Assembly: GCA_965207225.1 (NCBI GenBank)
Contig: CBDBLV010000005.1
Location: 1,792,001-1,856,000, forward strand
Length of the DNA: 64,000 nucleotides
Source of the DNA: Dehalococcoidia bacterium
Lineage (GTDB): Bacteria; Chloroflexota; Dehalococcoidia; Plut-88900
Reading direction: 5' to 3'
Below, piece by piece: positions 38,901-47,698 of the stretch. The position numbers and the translations under genes were made by a program. The notes under the pieces were generated by a model, which saw only the letters and a list, made by a program, of their open reading frames with translations, searched no databases and was not told where the DNA came from. Numbering within the stretch: position 1 is the first letter of the stretch; every line of letters begins with the position of its first letter.

Positions 38901-39338
38901 GATAACCTGCCGCTACGCATTCCCATAACTCTTACCATAGCAAGCCCGACTCCCACATCGGAACCCTTCATTGGGCCAACACCCACGCCGGTCTCGACTC
39001 CCTTACCACGGCCGACCTTTATGCCAGAACCCACACCCCTTCCGATTGCGACTCCGACTTCCGCACCCCTAGAAAGCCCCTCGCCATCTCCAAGCTCCGT
39101 ACCGGCACCTGGGGAACTATCCACGCCGACCATGTTGCCTGTTCCTACCATTCCTCTAGATGATCAACCGGCCTCAGAAGCTACACCATCGCCATTGCCA
39201 ACGCCCACTCCTACGCCGGCGGTGATAATGGAGGGGGATGACGGATTGCCAGCCTTCACAATTTCAATGCTCGTACTGGCGGCTGTCTGTACTTTGGTCG
39301 TTGGATTTTTTGTTATTCGCCGTTCGGTGAGTAAGTAG
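35928..39338 (+). CDS. Surface protein: signal peptide, 9 FN3-like repeats, BACON-like domain, Pro/Thr linker, C-terminal TM anchor
   Basis: Nine ~92-aa LRYR..W..L.P.T.YE.E.SL..F units; TM followed by RRSVSK tail. Confidence 0.85.
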   Translation: MYVMPSVYCFRSILILFGMISLFGVLGPWHSSAISAQAEEGAWATIEVTGITKGSATVTVSLSEGASGQSLHLHFRTTPDGPWIGNDEIRFTGGVAEVILSKLLPGTEYEVEVSRESMFLPEESLSKAFATLPPDPFVSRVDVEGITNSEAVLVVTIAHPGSATNTVYVQYRADDGQVWSKLPGFEANSAGIGRVKLSNLTPGTGYEVEASLGDKFIAEETEPASFKTLLPRVGDVTVRGISTSRATIDVTVLEPGQGTQTVHLRYRTNSERQSPWNTELAVSTVGDSTSFELTNLAPGVCYEVQASLDKDFMHGVVALTFSTAPLPSLGAVNVVSVSERSARIEVTVLDSGGGGVGVYLRYRDSQTRTWSAALHTVSFDDRVEFEVSGLEPETEYEVESSLDPDFEAALMQTFVTEKEVTRVAAVTLGRVTRSSAELTVELANTRGRSTVYVRYRSLEVSDWEPFRTVSNSSGVGRLVLNNLEPGTLYEVEASLEPDFLWPGTFYANFTTERGARLSAIRLENVTDTRAAAVATVERVEGSTPVHLRYRTYGAGNWSDRLTRNTASPTVSFSLTELLPGTAYEIEASLDLNFPPSKTMYQTFETDPAPEISSLRVSDIAESGARVLVNISRPQPRMTIYLRYRTEKDVAWSRTISKAASSRSASILFERLMPETNYEVQVSLDTDFQEAKTAFFTTEKREPSVSGMEVEDIAETSATISLSISDSPGSVTVYLRYRKVGSSRWIKPASRTATTSNITFELDYLTENTSYEIEASLEGNFPVGSRVQDTFTTRATPRVSDVLVEEVTETDAWLSIGLSGSSGTNEALHIRYRELPDGEWQGGRIQVEDAETMVLISNLLPDTEYEIETSVGEAFNKAHTKSKKFKTIAREPAVVPTARPSVSTADAAPREFSFAMPENTSSPDGGRLSIWSSTPSAGMEVAIEEDLAWLFVEPEAGMAVKPGELLIVELRVDASGLGAGVYTGEIEIIGNADNLPLRIPITLTIASPTPTSEPFIGPTPTPVSTPLPRPTFMPEPTPLPIATPTSAPLESPSPSPSSVPAPGELSTPTMLPVPTIPLDDQPASEATPSPLPTPTPTPAVIMEGDDGLPAFTISMLVLAAVCTLVVGFFVIRRSVSK

Positions 39339-39413
39339 GAGAGCACGATATCGACAACTTCGAATGTGCTAACCTGTCGGGAGCCGAAATAGCCTGGAAG
39401 CTCCCTGGTTAGC

Positions 39414-39656
39414 ATGGACAACGTAGAGACTCTTGCCCGAAAGCTCATATCCATCGATTCCCAAAGTCACGTTAGCAACACACCGCTTGCCGAGTTCGTT
39501 GCAGAATACCTGGAACCATTTGCTAACGAGATAGAGCGGATTGAATACACGGACGAGGGCGGGCGTAGGAAAGTATCGCTGGTGGCCCTGGTGGGTAAGG
39601 GAACCGGAGGCCTGGCCCTTTCTGCGCACATGGATACGGTGCCGGGGCTCGGATGG
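39414..39656 (+). pseudogene. M20 peptidase / acetylornithine deacetylase (ArgE-like) 5' fragment interrupted by IS
   Basis: LISIDS.S..SN...LALSAHMDTVP then IS terminal repeat at 39657. Confidence 0.82.
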
Positions 39657-41387
39657 AGGCTGTCCCATAAGTGGGAAGTGACGGATAGCGCCCCGGCAGC
39701 TGTTCCGACGCGACATCTACGAAGAGATGAAGATGCCGCTTAGACCAGGGTTCGCTTTTACGACCCCAGCCGGGAAGTGATAGGGGAATGCTGGATTGAA
39801 GGGTGAGAGTTGTGTAGTAGCGGCAGTTGCTGTGAGAGAGTGGGGAGAGGCACTAGGCCGCGGATACTTGAGTGGAGGGGTCGGCTCCGGGTCTCCACGC
39901 CTTCCAGATAGTGCGGAGGTTGAAGGCGATGGCAAGCACCGTCCATTCGGCCTTCACGTTGGCAAGGCCACGCAACAGGAACCTCCGAGCCCTCAGTTGT
40001 TCCTTAAAGATCCCGAAGACCGGTTCGACCAGGTACTTCCTCCGTTTGTAGGCCGTCGTGGCTGCCTCGGTAGACATCCATTCTCTGTGAGCGCGCAGTA
40101 CATGGTCGCGTGCCCCGATTTCTAGCTTGCGTCCCCGTGGGTAATCCTTGGTGCAGACCCCAAATGCGGGGCAACTGCGGCAGGCCGAGGCAGAGGCTGC
40201 TCGGTATACCCGGACCGGCGTTCCGGCGTTTGTGGACGAGCTGGAGAAGCGCAATATCTTTCCATGAGGACAGACGTACCTGTCGTTGCCCTCGTCATAG
40301 GTGAATCGGTCCTTGTGATAGGGATTGTCCAGTGGTCGGGCCATATCCGGCATTGCCACTTGCTGACCTTTACGGTGACTCGCCTCCAGGTTCCGGCCTC
40401 CACAATAACCGGCGTCTGCCAACGTCAACGGAGTCCTGGTTCCTGTAACACCCTCTGCCTGTTCCATCATCGGGGTCAACTGGAGGGCGTCATTGACTTG
40501 GTCCACAACGTCTACGGCGGTCAGCAGCATGCCGGTCGTCTGTCCGCCTGGTGCCAGCGGTGACACCATAGCTTGGGCGTTGTAGCTGGGCATGAAGCCC
40601 TGACGGGTCCTCATGAGTTTTGCATCCCGATCGGTGAGGTTGATGCGCTTGCGATTCCGCTCAGAAGCCAACTCGTCCATCGCATGACGAATCTGCTCCC
40701 TCAGCGTTTGCTTGTTGGCTAATTCTTCCGGCAGATGTAATGCGGGGGTATCCTCACCTGCTTCGTTCTGAGCTTCAAGGTCGGAGATCGCCTTCTCCAC
40801 CCTGTTCAATAACCGACCCAACTCCCCCGCATCGTAGGTCCTATCTCTTGCCGCATTGGCCCCCACCTTAGTTCCGTCAACCGCCTGCACCGCCAGATCC
40901 ACCAGCTTCATCGTCACCGCCGTGCGCACAGTGCGCTCGAACAGCTTCCTCATGGACTGCCTGTGTTCCTTGTAGAACCGCCACAAGGTGTTGTGGTCAG
41001 GATGCTGCCAGCCGGTCAGCCACAGATACGGTATCTGGTCCCGGCAGGCCGCCTCCAACTTGCGGCAGGAGCGCACCCCGGTCATGAAACCGTACAGCCA
41101 CACGCTCAACAAAGCGCGGGGATGGTAGGCCGGCGCTCCCATCGGGTCGCCGTCTATCTCCACGCCGAGTTCAGCCCAGCCTTCCCTATCCAGTGCGTCC
41201 ACAAACTCGGCCACGAATCGGGCTGGATGGTCTAACGGCAACAGATCGTCAAGAGTCGGGGGCAACAGCCACATCTGTTCTCGGTCCATATCTCGAAGCG
41301 GCATCTCCATCTCTCCTTCGTCGATGTCGCTTCAAAGGTACACCTAACAAGGTTCCATTCACCACTCCCCAACTTCTGAGACAGGCT
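39657..41387 (-). mobile_element. IS1182-family insertion sequence
   Basis: Imperfect terminal IRs AGGCTGTCCCATAAGT (39657-72) / ACTTCTGAGACAGGCT (41372-87); no clear TSD. Confidence 0.8.
39853..41310 (-). CDS. IS1182 family transposase
   Basis: LLPP.L.D.LP.DH, G.PAYHP, PDH.TL.RF, VDGTK, TD.DA, ADAGY, CP.G, VEPVFG..K. Confidence 0.93.
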   Translation of the reverse strand: MEMPLRDMDREQMWLLPPTLDDLLPLDHPARFVAEFVDALDREGWAELGVEIDGDPMGAPAYHPRALLSVWLYGFMTGVRSCRKLEAACRDQIPYLWLTGWQHPDHNTLWRFYKEHRQSMRKLFERTVRTAVTMKLVDLAVQAVDGTKVGANAARDRTYDAGELGRLLNRVEKAISDLEAQNEAGEDTPALHLPEELANKQTLREQIRHAMDELASERNRKRINLTDRDAKLMRTRQGFMPSYNAQAMVSPLAPGGQTTGMLLTAVDVVDQVNDALQLTPMMEQAEGVTGTRTPLTLADAGYCGGRNLEASHRKGQQVAMPDMARPLDNPYHKDRFTYDEGNDRYVCPHGKILRFSSSSTNAGTPVRVYRAASASACRSCPAFGVCTKDYPRGRKLEIGARDHVLRAHREWMSTEAATTAYKRRKYLVEPVFGIFKEQLRARRFLLRGLANVKAEWTVLAIAFNLRTIWKAWRPGADPSTQVSAA

Positions 41388-41589
41388 GGCCTGTCGCCTC
41401 GGCCGGTTCGACATGTCTGCGGGATGGCTGGCACGCGGCTACACCGCAGCTACGACACGCGCCGGATGCTCCTATAGATGTTGTTAGTGCTAACTCTAAA
41501 CTGACCCAGTAGCGCTAATTTGGAATTGACCCACCCCGATAGCGGACGCATCTTCGTCGGGAAACCGATTAGGAGGTGCAGCAAGTCAA

Positions 41590-42825
41590 ATGATAGGAGG
41601 TGGGTTAGTGAGAGAGTTATACGAGTTGAAGGGCGATGGAAGCTCGATCCGAGGGATATCGAGGGAGTTGGGGATTTCCCGGAACACCGTGCGCAAGTAC
41701 GTGCGCTCCGACGAGGTGCCCAAGGCCAAGCGGCGAGAGAAGCAGGGGTCGAAGCTGGACCCATACAAGGGTCACATAGATGGTCGGCTGTCGGCGGGAG
41801 TGGACAACTGCGTGGTGCTGCTGCGGGAGATCCGGGAGTTGGGCTACGACGGCAGCTATCCGACGCTGACCAACTACGTGCGGCCTCGGCGTCGGCCGCG
41901 TCAGCCCCGTGCGACGGTGCGGTTCGAGACGGCGCCAGGCGAGCAGGCACAGGTGGACTGGGGCAGCTTCGCCTATGTCGGAGAGGACGGGCGCAAGCAC
42001 CGGGTCTGGGCCTTCGTGATGGTGCTGAGCTGGTCTCGGACCATCTACGTGGAGTTCGTCCGGCGCGCCGACGTGGCGACCTTCATCAGGTGCCACGTGA
42101 ACGCCTTCGAGTACTTCGGTGGTGTTCCCCGCCGCTGCCTGTACGACAACGCCAAGGTGGTGGTCCTGGGGCGTGACAGGGAGGGCAGGCCGGAGTGGAA
42201 CAGCCGGATGCTGGACTTCTCACTGCGAATGGGCTTCGACCTCCGTCTGTGCCGACCCTACCGAGCGCAGACGAAGGGCAAGGTGGAGAGCGGCGTGAAG
42301 TACGTCCGGGGCAACCTGTGGCCCGGTGTCCGCTTCACCGACGACGCAGACATGAACCGCCAGGCCCTGGAGTGGTGCGATGCGGTGGCCAATCGGCGAG
42401 TCCATGGGACGACGCACCGGGTCCCCCGAGAGATGCTGGCTGAGGAGCTCGCCCACCTGGGCAGCCTGCCGCCGCGTTCGGGCCTTGCGCCCTACATGCG
42501 GGAGGAGCGGAAGGTGGCCAGGGACGGCTACGTCCACTGGGAGAGGTCTCGCTACGGCGTGCCCTGGAGCTGGGCGGGTTCGACGGTCCAGGTGGGTGTG
42601 CGGGCCGGTACGGTGGAGGTCTGGTCGGGCGACGTGCGGCTGGCGGTGCATCCCCAAGCCCAGCGGACCGGTCAGCGCCTCACACTGCCGGGCCAGTGGG
42701 ACGGACTGCCCGGCGGCGATGATCGTCCTCGTAAGGAAGCCGTGGCGGTGCAGATCCCTGTGGGCCAGGTGGAGCGCCGCTCCCTGGAGGTGTACGAGTT
42801 GGCAGCGGTGGGAGGTGGGCGATGA
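41590..42825 (+). CDS. istA: IS21 transposase
   Basis: HTH GISRNTVRKY, RFET.PG.QAQVDWG, LYDN.K, KGKVE. Confidence 0.95.
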   Translation: MIGGGLVRELYELKGDGSSIRGISRELGISRNTVRKYVRSDEVPKAKRREKQGSKLDPYKGHIDGRLSAGVDNCVVLLREIRELGYDGSYPTLTNYVRPRRRPRQPRATVRFETAPGEQAQVDWGSFAYVGEDGRKHRVWAFVMVLSWSRTIYVEFVRRADVATFIRCHVNAFEYFGGVPRRCLYDNAKVVVLGRDREGRPEWNSRMLDFSLRMGFDLRLCRPYRAQTKGKVESGVKYVRGNLWPGVRFTDDADMNRQALEWCDAVANRRVHGTTHRVPREMLAEELAHLGSLPPRSGLAPYMREERKVARDGYVHWERSRYGVPWSWAGSTVQVGVRAGTVEVWSGDVRLAVHPQAQRTGQRLTLPGQWDGLPGGDDRPRKEAVAVQIPVGQVERRSLEVYELAAVGGGR

Positions 42826-43625
42826 TCGCGCTGGAACAGGCTCGCCAGCACCTGGAGACGCTGGGCCTCAAGCAGGCCGTCGAAGCCCTGGACAACTCCC
42901 TGGACGCTGCGGCCACCAAGAAACTGACCTACCCCGAGATGCTGGCAGAGCTACTCGGCGTGGAAGTGGCCGCCCGGAAGGAGCGGTACATGTCCACCAG
43001 GACGAAGCTGGCTCACCTCCCCTTCCACCGGACCTTGGAGCAGTTCGACTTCTCGTTTCAGCCCTCCATCGACGAGCGACAGGTGCGGGAACTGGCCGGC
43101 CTGTCCTTCGTCGCCGAAGCCACCAACCTGCTGCTCCTGGGACCGCCAGGTGTGGGCAAGACCCATCTGGCGGTGGCCCTAGCGCTCAAGGCCATCGAGA
43201 AGAGCCAGGGGGCCTACTTCGTCCGAGCCTACGACCTGATGGAGGACCTGAGGAAGGCCAGGGTGGAGAACAACCTCCAACGGCGCATGCGGGTCTACCT
43301 GTCGCCCAAGCTACTCATCGTGGACGAGTTCGGCATCTGGCCTTACGACCGGGACGCCTCCACCGCCTTCTTCACCCTGGTGTCGGCTCGCTATGAGCGG
43401 GGCAGCATCATCCTCACCTCCAACAAGGGCTTCGCCGAGTGGGGTGAGCTTCTGGGCGATACCGTCATCGCCTCGGCCATCCTGGACCGGCTGCTGCACC
43501 ACAGCCACGTCCTCAACATCCGAGGCGAGAGCTACCGGCTTAAAGGCAAGAGGCAGGCCGGACTCTTCGCCTCCCATCAACTGCTATCGACATCGCCTGA
43601 AGCCGCTAGCTCCGGCGACGTCTAA
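42822..43625 (+). CDS. istB: IS21 helper ATPase
   Basis: GPPGVGKT, LLIVDE, LTSN, LDRLLHH, GESYR; ATGA overlap. Confidence 0.95.
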   Translation: MIALEQARQHLETLGLKQAVEALDNSLDAAATKKLTYPEMLAELLGVEVAARKERYMSTRTKLAHLPFHRTLEQFDFSFQPSIDERQVRELAGLSFVAEATNLLLLGPPGVGKTHLAVALALKAIEKSQGAYFVRAYDLMEDLRKARVENNLQRRMRVYLSPKLLIVDEFGIWPYDRDASTAFFTLVSARYERGSIILTSNKGFAEWGELLGDTVIASAILDRLLHHSHVLNIRGESYRLKGKRQAGLFASHQLLSTSPEAASSGDV

Positions 43626-43924
43626 ATCCCAGAGGCACTCTTGCTTGCCAGAAAGGAGGCGACTTAACGACAAGGTGGGTCAGTTCTAACTTAGCGGAAA
43701 AGGGTCAAATCTAACTTAGCATTGACAATGTCAAGCGACTGCGATGAACTCTTCGCAGGCTGGCCGCTTCACGTCTCGCAGCTCTTCCCCACTGACCGAC
43801 TTCACCTTGGGCGAGCTGCGTCTTCTTTCACCCCGGTCTCCCATGCGTTTGCATCGCTGGCGGTCCGGGTGCGTCTTAGGAACGGAGTCAACGGCACACA
43901 ACATTGAGCAAGGAGGTAACGCAC

Positions 43925-44439
43925 ATGGACGAATCAAGGGCACAGGACAACGGAGAAGGAGGTACGAGCATGGCGGAGCAGTACGTCGGACCCAGCGCGG
44001 CGCGGATCGCAGACCTGCTTCCGCATCGCGTGAGTTTCCACAACGGGTGGTTCTGGACCAGCACGGCGGTGTGCCACGGCGGGAAGTCCGATGGGCTGGC
44101 GTTTCGGCAGAGGCCCGACGGCAACGGCATCGACGTACGGTGCCACACACGGGGCTGCGGTCGGGCGTGATGGTCACCGAGCTTGAGGCCCTCACCGGTC
44201 TGCCGATCTGGACGGCCTGCGAGCCGGTCAGGGACGCGGCGGTTGGGGCTGAGGCCAAGAAACCCTGGTGGAAGCGGAAGAAGGTCGTGGTGGCCGGGGT
44301 CGTCGCCCTGGTCGTCGCCGCGCCGCTGCTCACCCTCGACCTGGAGCTGTTCTTCCTGAACCTGTTCGGCCTGGGCATCGGCTGGCTGCTGCTCAGGCGG
44401 TTCATGCCCCGTCGTTCGGCGCGGAGGTTCCGTCGCTGA
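43925..44439 (+). pseudogene. Primase-type Zn-finger (CH...CHxxGC) plus TM protein, split by 1-bp frameshift near 44163 (or two coupled small ORFs)
   Basis: AVCHGG...VRCHTRGCGR then other-frame VMVTELEALTGL...two TM helices; two in-frame AAGGAGGT RBS/ATG (43925, 43970). Confidence 0.5.
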
Positions 44440-44568
44440 CGGCTTCGGGCTTCTCACAACCCATCACAACACGCAGGGGTCGCTCTCTCCGAGGGCGGCC
44501 CCTACTTCTTTGCCCGCAAGCGGGCGTAACGGATTCAAGGCAACACACAGGCACGAAGGAGGTGCGTA

Positions 44569-45075
44569 ATGACGACGGCAACGGCAGCAATCGGCACTTG
44601 GACGATGGAGACCACAGAGACGATGCGGCCCAGGCGCAGCCTGGAGGAACTGGTGGACCGGGTGTTCGCGGCGATGGGATTCACGGGGGAGACGGAGACT
44701 CAGCCGGTTGAGCGGAGCGCAACCCGCTCCATCCACGAGGCGAGGCGGCTCAGGCAGGCCGGGGACATCGACAACGCGCTGGCAGTGCTGGGAGACGTGA
44801 ACGTGGCTGGGGCCACGCCGAGGGAGGTCCGCTGGGCCTTCTCCGAGTGGAAGCAGATGGTCAGGCGGCGGTTCGAAGACCGGGGCGCCGTGCTCTACAG
44901 CCAGGGCACGGGCAGGGCCTCGGCGCTGGTTCCCCACGGCGACGGGACGCTGGAGGTGGCTGCGGTCCTGGGAATGCGCTGGCGGCCCGGCAAGGTCGTT
45001 TCGGGGCGCAGCCTCCGGGGCCTCCAGCCTCTCGTATCGAGTACGAGGCAGGCTCTAGCGAAGGCTTGCCCTTGA
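44569..45075 (+). CDS. Hypothetical protein
   Basis: AAGGAGGT RBS, 168 aa, high GC3. Confidence 0.7.
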   Translation: MTTATAAIGTWTMETTETMRPRRSLEELVDRVFAAMGFTGETETQPVERSATRSIHEARRLRQAGDIDNALAVLGDVNVAGATPREVRWAFSEWKQMVRRRFEDRGAVLYSQGTGRASALVPHGDGTLEVAAVLGMRWRPGKVVSGRSLRGLQPLVSSTRQALAKACP

Positions 45076-45407
45076 TCCGGCTCTCCGCACCCTCCTCGGT
45101 CGCATCGGCGGCGCGGTTGTTCTTGCAACCTGGGCGAGGACGCGCTGCCTTCTTACACCTGCTTGCTTGGGCCGAGTGCGCCGCTAGCTAGCTCTCCCCT
45201 CGTCCCGACTCTCCACATCGTTTGCCACGCCGGAGCCTGACCAGTACAGCGACACGGAGGACGCCGCAGCCGGCCATCGGCCACAACGACAACACAAAAC
45301 CCACGGAGACAGTCCCGGCCATTCGGGACAACCAATTCAGAGCGGGACTGTCTCCACCCCACGGGGGTGGTAGGCCGTCCCGCTTCTTCATTGAAAGGAG
45401 AAGCGAC

Positions 45408-46565
45408 ATGACGACGGCAACCACGACGAGGACCAATCGGACCAAGGACACGGAAACCACGCCGGATGCGGCGGCGACCGCCGAGCGCAGGGGCAAGCCC
45501 GAGAGCGAGCTCAGGGCCGCCGCCAGGAAGCGCGGCCTCACCTTGAAGGAGCTTGCGGCCCTGATGGGCGTCAGCGCAAGCCACCTCTCCCAGGTCGGCA
45601 CAGGCAAGAAGCCCTGGACCCCCAACCTGCGGGAGAAGGCGATGGCCGTGCTGGGAGAGGTCCCCGGACAGGGCATCGTCTACCGACAGACCCGCGAGGT
45701 AGATGCAGAAAGTACCTTCATCCGGGAGCGCGCACGCGAGATAGGAATCACCATGCTGGAACTGTCCGACCGGTCGGGAGTGAGCTACGGCTACCTGACG
45801 CAGGTGGCAAGGGGACGCCGGAACATGGGACCCAAGGTGCAGGCCAGCATCGAGTCGGCGCTTGGGGTGGCGGCCAGGGTCGCCCCCGCACAGTGCGCCA
45901 ACCGCCAGGGCGACGTGATCGAGGGCGACGGCAGCAGCTTCATCAGGGAGACCGCCCGCGCCCTCGGACTAACCATGAGGGAGCTGGCCGAGAAGGTCGG
46001 CGTGTCCGCCGGGTACCTCAGCCAGGTGTCCAGAGGGCACCGTAGCATGGGGGTGAAGCTCCAGGCCAGGGTCGAGGCCATGCTTGGGGGACGGGCGAAG
46101 GTCGCGTCCGCCCAGTGCCCCAACCTCGACCAACAGGCCGTCTGGGACCGGATGAAGGAGCTCGACGTCAGCCAGAACGAGGTGGCGCGTAGGGCGGGCA
46201 TCAGCTCCGGTCACCTCTCCCAGATCATGAACGGCAGAAGCACCCCGTCAGCCGTGGTCCTCAGGAAGTTGCACGGGGCGCTGTTCCGGCGGGCGGAGGA
46301 CTCGGAGCGGGTGATGCCCGCGGCCTTGAAGGTCCTGGGCTGGAAGAAGGGGGAGCGCAGCGGGATGGTGGTGCACGGCGCTCGCGGCAGGGACGGCACG
46401 GCCAGGGGCGGCGCGGTCCGCGTCGGCGGTCGCGTGCCCTGGGGAGCGGAGGTGGAGTACGCCTTCCGCGCCGGGTACGACGGCGCAGGGAAGGTGTCCG
46501 TGGACCACGTGGTCGCCCCGGGCTACGCCGCACTGCTGACACAGCCCCAGGCCGGAGCCGCGTAA
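45408..46565 (+). CDS. Protein with four tandem XRE-type HTH domains plus unknown C-terminal domain
   Basis: Four units of R...G(L/I)T..ELA...GVS..(Y/H)LSQ...G; GAAAGGAG RBS before ATG 45408. Confidence 0.85.
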   Translation: MTTATTTRTNRTKDTETTPDAAATAERRGKPESELRAAARKRGLTLKELAALMGVSASHLSQVGTGKKPWTPNLREKAMAVLGEVPGQGIVYRQTREVDAESTFIRERAREIGITMLELSDRSGVSYGYLTQVARGRRNMGPKVQASIESALGVAARVAPAQCANRQGDVIEGDGSSFIRETARALGLTMRELAEKVGVSAGYLSQVSRGHRSMGVKLQARVEAMLGGRAKVASAQCPNLDQQAVWDRMKELDVSQNEVARRAGISSGHLSQIMNGRSTPSAVVLRKLHGALFRRAEDSERVMPAALKVLGWKKGERSGMVVHGARGRDGTARGGAVRVGGRVPWGAEVEYAFRAGYDGAGKVSVDHVVAPGYAALLTQPQAGAA

Positions 46566-46789
46566 GGGAATCCGCAGCATGGACGGCCCAGACGGAGCCG
46601 CACACAAGACGAAGGCTTGCTGGCTGACGGAGCTTCGCACTCTCAAGCAGACATCCAGGACGTTTGCCGGAACCCAAGCCCCCGGTGGGGGCGTAGTGCG
46701 TCTTCTGTAGACCGCCCCAGGCGGGGCAGCGCAGCGCACTTGGGTTCCGGCGGCGTCCTAGGGTCATCACAAATCAAGGGGACGACACC

Positions 46790-46995
46790 ATGAACCTCGG
46801 AGACTTCATGGACACCTATCGCGACGCCGTCGCCCAGCGGGTGGTGGCGTCCTACCCGCCGCTGTACCGGCCCCCGCATCAAGTGCGGGACAGGCTCTCG
46901 GAGAACGGCGGCGAGTTGCCCCGCCTGCTCAGGAATCCCTGGGGGCGCAGGCCGACGCCATCAGGGGCGCGGCCCTCTCCCTACAGACCCACCCG
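46790..46995 (+). pseudogene. N-terminal remnant of ICE-type SF2 helicase
   Basis: MNLGDFMDTYRD...YPPLY...LLRNP, frameshift to LGAQADAIRGAALSL, breaks off before Walker A; recalled similarity only. Confidence 0.55.
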
Positions 46996-47036
46996 GTCAG
47001 CCGTACGCGGTGCAGTAAAAAGGCGACATGCCATGG

Positions 47037-47573
47037 TCAGCGTGATTGACGGATTCTTGCCCACAGCCGGAGCGTCCCGCCGACGCTAACCGCCGCCAGC
47101 GTGGCCACGATCAGGCCCGTCTTCACCACGGTGAACACGGCGGCCAGCCAGGTCAGCGGAGAAGGCTCGCCGTCGTAGCTCAGGGCGAGCGCAGCGACGG
47201 TTGTATTCTCCAGCACATCCGCAAGGGCGAGGGCCAGCGGCAGCAGATACAGCGGCGCCCCGCCTCGAAAGAGCCGGAACAGCAGGACGGCGAACAGCAG
47301 GCCGTACGAGACCGGGAAGACCATGTCGACGGTGAGCGCGGCGGTCGCATAGACGACCCTTGCGCTGGCGTCGAGCCGGTCCAGAGCGTCGAAGAGGGCC
47401 GCCGCCTCTGCAGGTGTGTACCAGCCCCGACCGTCGAGCAAGTCCAGTCCTCCCAGCCGCGCCTGCCGCCAAGCGAGTCCCGCCACACAACCGACGACGC
47501 CAATCAGGGCTGCGACCGTCATTCGCCAGGTTGCGAATCGCTCCACCATCCTGCCCATATGCAATGCCTTCAC
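47037..47573 (-). CDS. Hypothetical membrane protein (~4 TM)
   Basis: Hydrophobic helices, DMVFP..YG, AD..EN; GGAGGTG RBS region. Confidence 0.7.
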   Translation of the reverse strand: MKALHMGRMVERFATWRMTVAALIGVVGCVAGLAWRQARLGGLDLLDGRGWYTPAEAAALFDALDRLDASARVVYATAALTVDMVFPVSYGLLFAVLLFRLFRGGAPLYLLPLALALADVLENTTVAALALSYDGEPSPLTWLAAVFTVVKTGLIVATLAAVSVGGTLRLWARIRQSR

Positions 47574-47630
47574 CTCCGCTAAACCGGGTGCCTCCTCAGG
47601 ACCTGCCCATCACCCGCCCCGTGGTGCAGA

Positions 47631-47670
47631 GCAAGGGGGCCTGGGCAGTGTTGCCGCAGGCCCCCCTTGC
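47631..47670 (-). terminator. GC-rich hairpin downstream of adhesin gene
   Basis: GCAAGGGGGCCTG...CAGGCCCCCCTTGC; U-tract poor. Confidence 0.4.
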
Positions 47671-47698
47671 ATCCTCTTGCCGGTCCGGCCGGGCCGGA

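Larger units (their letters stand above)
41482..43727 (+). mobile_element. IS21-family insertion sequence, intact
   Basis: TG...CA ends with IRs and repeated (A/T)TGACCC subterminal sites; 4-bp TSD ATGT at 41478-81 and 43728-31. Confidence 0.93.

Noticed and set aside
45222-45407. Extended N-terminus of the 4xHTH ORF
   Set aside because: Strong RBS and ATG at 45408; upstream is a hairpin-containing leader
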